Positions 49,791 through 50,884 of a DNA stretch of 50,884 nucleotides are shown here, piece by piece. A model generated the notes under the pieces. That model saw only the letters and a program-made list of their open reading frames with translations. It was not told where the DNA came from and did not search any database. The position numbers and the translations under genes were made by a program. The stretch spans positions 1-50,884 of the forward strand of contig JACPZO010000042.1 of assembly GCA_016195465.1 (NCBI GenBank), given 5' to 3'. Source of the DNA: Nitrospirota bacterium (GTDB lineage Bacteria > Nitrospirota > RBG-16-64-22). Within the stretch, counting starts at the first letter, position 1. Each line of letters starts with the position of its first letter.

Positions 49791-50884
49791 CTACTTCCTC
49801 TCCTTCCACGCCGGGGCCTTGAGGACCGGCTGCGCCGTGGCGACGCTCTCCGGCCAGACGACCTCGCGCTTGCCGTTCAGCCACTGGGTCATGTACATGA
49901 CCTTCTTCACCTGGAGCCCGCCGGCCTCGACCTTGTACGCGCCGAAGATCGTCGTCGTGTCCAGGGACGCCAAGGCCTCGCGCACCTTCTCCCGGTCGGC
50001 GCTCCCGGCCTTCCGGATCCCCGCTTCGAGGATCTGCCCCGCGCCGTACCCTCCGGCGGCGTGGTAGGCGGCCTCGTCCCCGTACTTCTTCTTGTACCGG
50101 TCGGCGAATTCCTGGGCGCCGGGGAGCTTGAGCGTCGGTTCCCACTGGGAGGGGCCGAAAACGTAGTCGCTGTCTTTCGCGAGGTTCTTGCCGAAGTCCG
50201 GGAGACCCGGGCCGACCGAGAAGACGTAGACCTTGGGGTTGAAGTCCAGCTCCTTCGCCTGCCGGACGAGAAGGGTCGAATCGGGGAGGTAGGAGCCGCC
50301 CAGGAAGATGTCCGGGTTCTTGGCCTTGGCCTTGAGGATGATCCCCGAGACGTCCTTCACGCCTTTCGCGTACGCCTCGCGGAAGACGACCTCGATCCCG
50401 AGATGTTTCGCCTTGGCGATGCCGCCCTCGGCCGTTCCCTTCGCGAAGACCGTGTCCTCGTTCACGGCGGCCATCGTCTTGTATCCGGCTTTGGCGGCCA
50501 TCTCGAGAACGCCGTCCATGTAGAAGTTCTCCGGCGTGTAGACCTGGAAGATGTACTTGAAACCCTGGCGGAAGATCGCCTGGTCGGCCGCGCCGGTCGA
50601 GACCATCGGGATCTTGTACTTCTCGGCGATCGGGGCGGCGGCCTTGGTCACGGGAGAGGAGTAGGGGCCGAGGAGGAGGTCCACCTTGTCTACGGTGATC
50701 AGCCGCTCGTAGAGCTTCGCCGCCTCGTTGGGATCGCTCTTGTCGTCGTAGTACTTGAGCTCGATCTTCCTGCCGAGGAGTCCCCCGCGGGCGTTCGCGT
50801 CCTCCACCCACATCTCGTAGCCGCGTTTCTGGTACTCGCCCGTCCGGGCGTAGGCGCCGTTCAGCGAGATCGACGCGCCGACGA
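49791..50884 (-). CDS. livK: Branched-chain amino acid ABC transporter substrate-binding protein (5' end outside window)
   Basis: The frame stays open to the window edge ('..GASISLNGAYARTGEYQKRGYEMWVEDANARGGLLGRKIELKYYDD'), which is the LivK/LivJ-type pattern. Confidence 0.85.
   Translation of the reverse strand, partial: VGASISLNGAYARTGEYQKRGYEMWVEDANARGGLLGRKIELKYYDDKSDPNEAAKLYERLITVDKVDLLLGPYSSPVTKAAAPIAEKYKIPMVSTGAADQAIFRQGFKYIFQVYTPENFYMDGVLEMAAKAGYKTMAAVNEDTVFAKGTAEGGIAKAKHLGIEVVFREAYAKGVKDVSGIILKAKAKNPDIFLGGSYLPDSTLLVRQAKELDFNPKVYVFSVGPGLPDFGKNLAKDSDYVFGPSQWEPTLKLPGAQEFADRYKKKYGDEAAYHAAGGYGAGQILEAGIRKAGSADREKVREALASLDTTTIFGAYKVEAGGLQVKKVMYMTQWLNGKREVVWPESVATAQPVLKAPAWKERK

Overview
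High-GC (about two-thirds G+C by eye) bacterial chromosomal window, densely packed with ordinary housekeeping, respiratory and regulatory genes. Because of the GC content, most long ORFs in the six-frame track are antisense or out-of-frame artefacts. I support about 45 genes. These are an MFS transporter, a PhnD-like binding protein, an acyltransferase, two molybdopterin-binding-fold proteins, an alpha/beta hydrolase, and a small EncFtn/rubrerythrin-like ferritin with a Ycf46-like AAA+ ATPase. They also include lepB, malQ, and a periplasmic nitrate reductase cluster (napA-napB-WD40-napD-napG-napH). Further along are a TetR-headed cluster with a 1156-aa double BcrAD/BadFG-type activase fusion and a dehydratase-like partner, rpoH and hsp20, a FAD/Fe-S oxidase, an AlkA-like glycosylase and vapBC. 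The rest are an MBL hydrolase, cspA, a Ser/Thr kinase-USP fusion, a sigma-54 two-component module, an orphan OppD/OppF pair with a TPR protein, a CBS-ACT protein, and livK(partial)-H-M-G-F. No rRNA, tRNA, CRISPR array, transposase, integrase or recognisable defence gene is visible. The unusual content is non-coding. (1) Two ungapped 331-nt paralogous segments bracket a small toxin-antitoxin-like pair, and next to them sit a near-consensus promoter and a 2.5x tandem repeat. (2) A roughly 150-nt five-hairpin dispersed element occurs in 3 copies with compensatory stem changes. (3) Strand-consistent GGTGAATN octamer arrays start at or just after stop codons in four operon spacers, including a 19-unit array between livG and livF. 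(4) A probable Moco riboswitch with leader ORF and terminator lies ahead of a molybdopterin-binding gene beside the nap cluster. (5) Several further small repeat families, plus sigma-70 and sigma-54 promoter candidates. I cannot assign any of the novel repeats to a known class from sequence alone.
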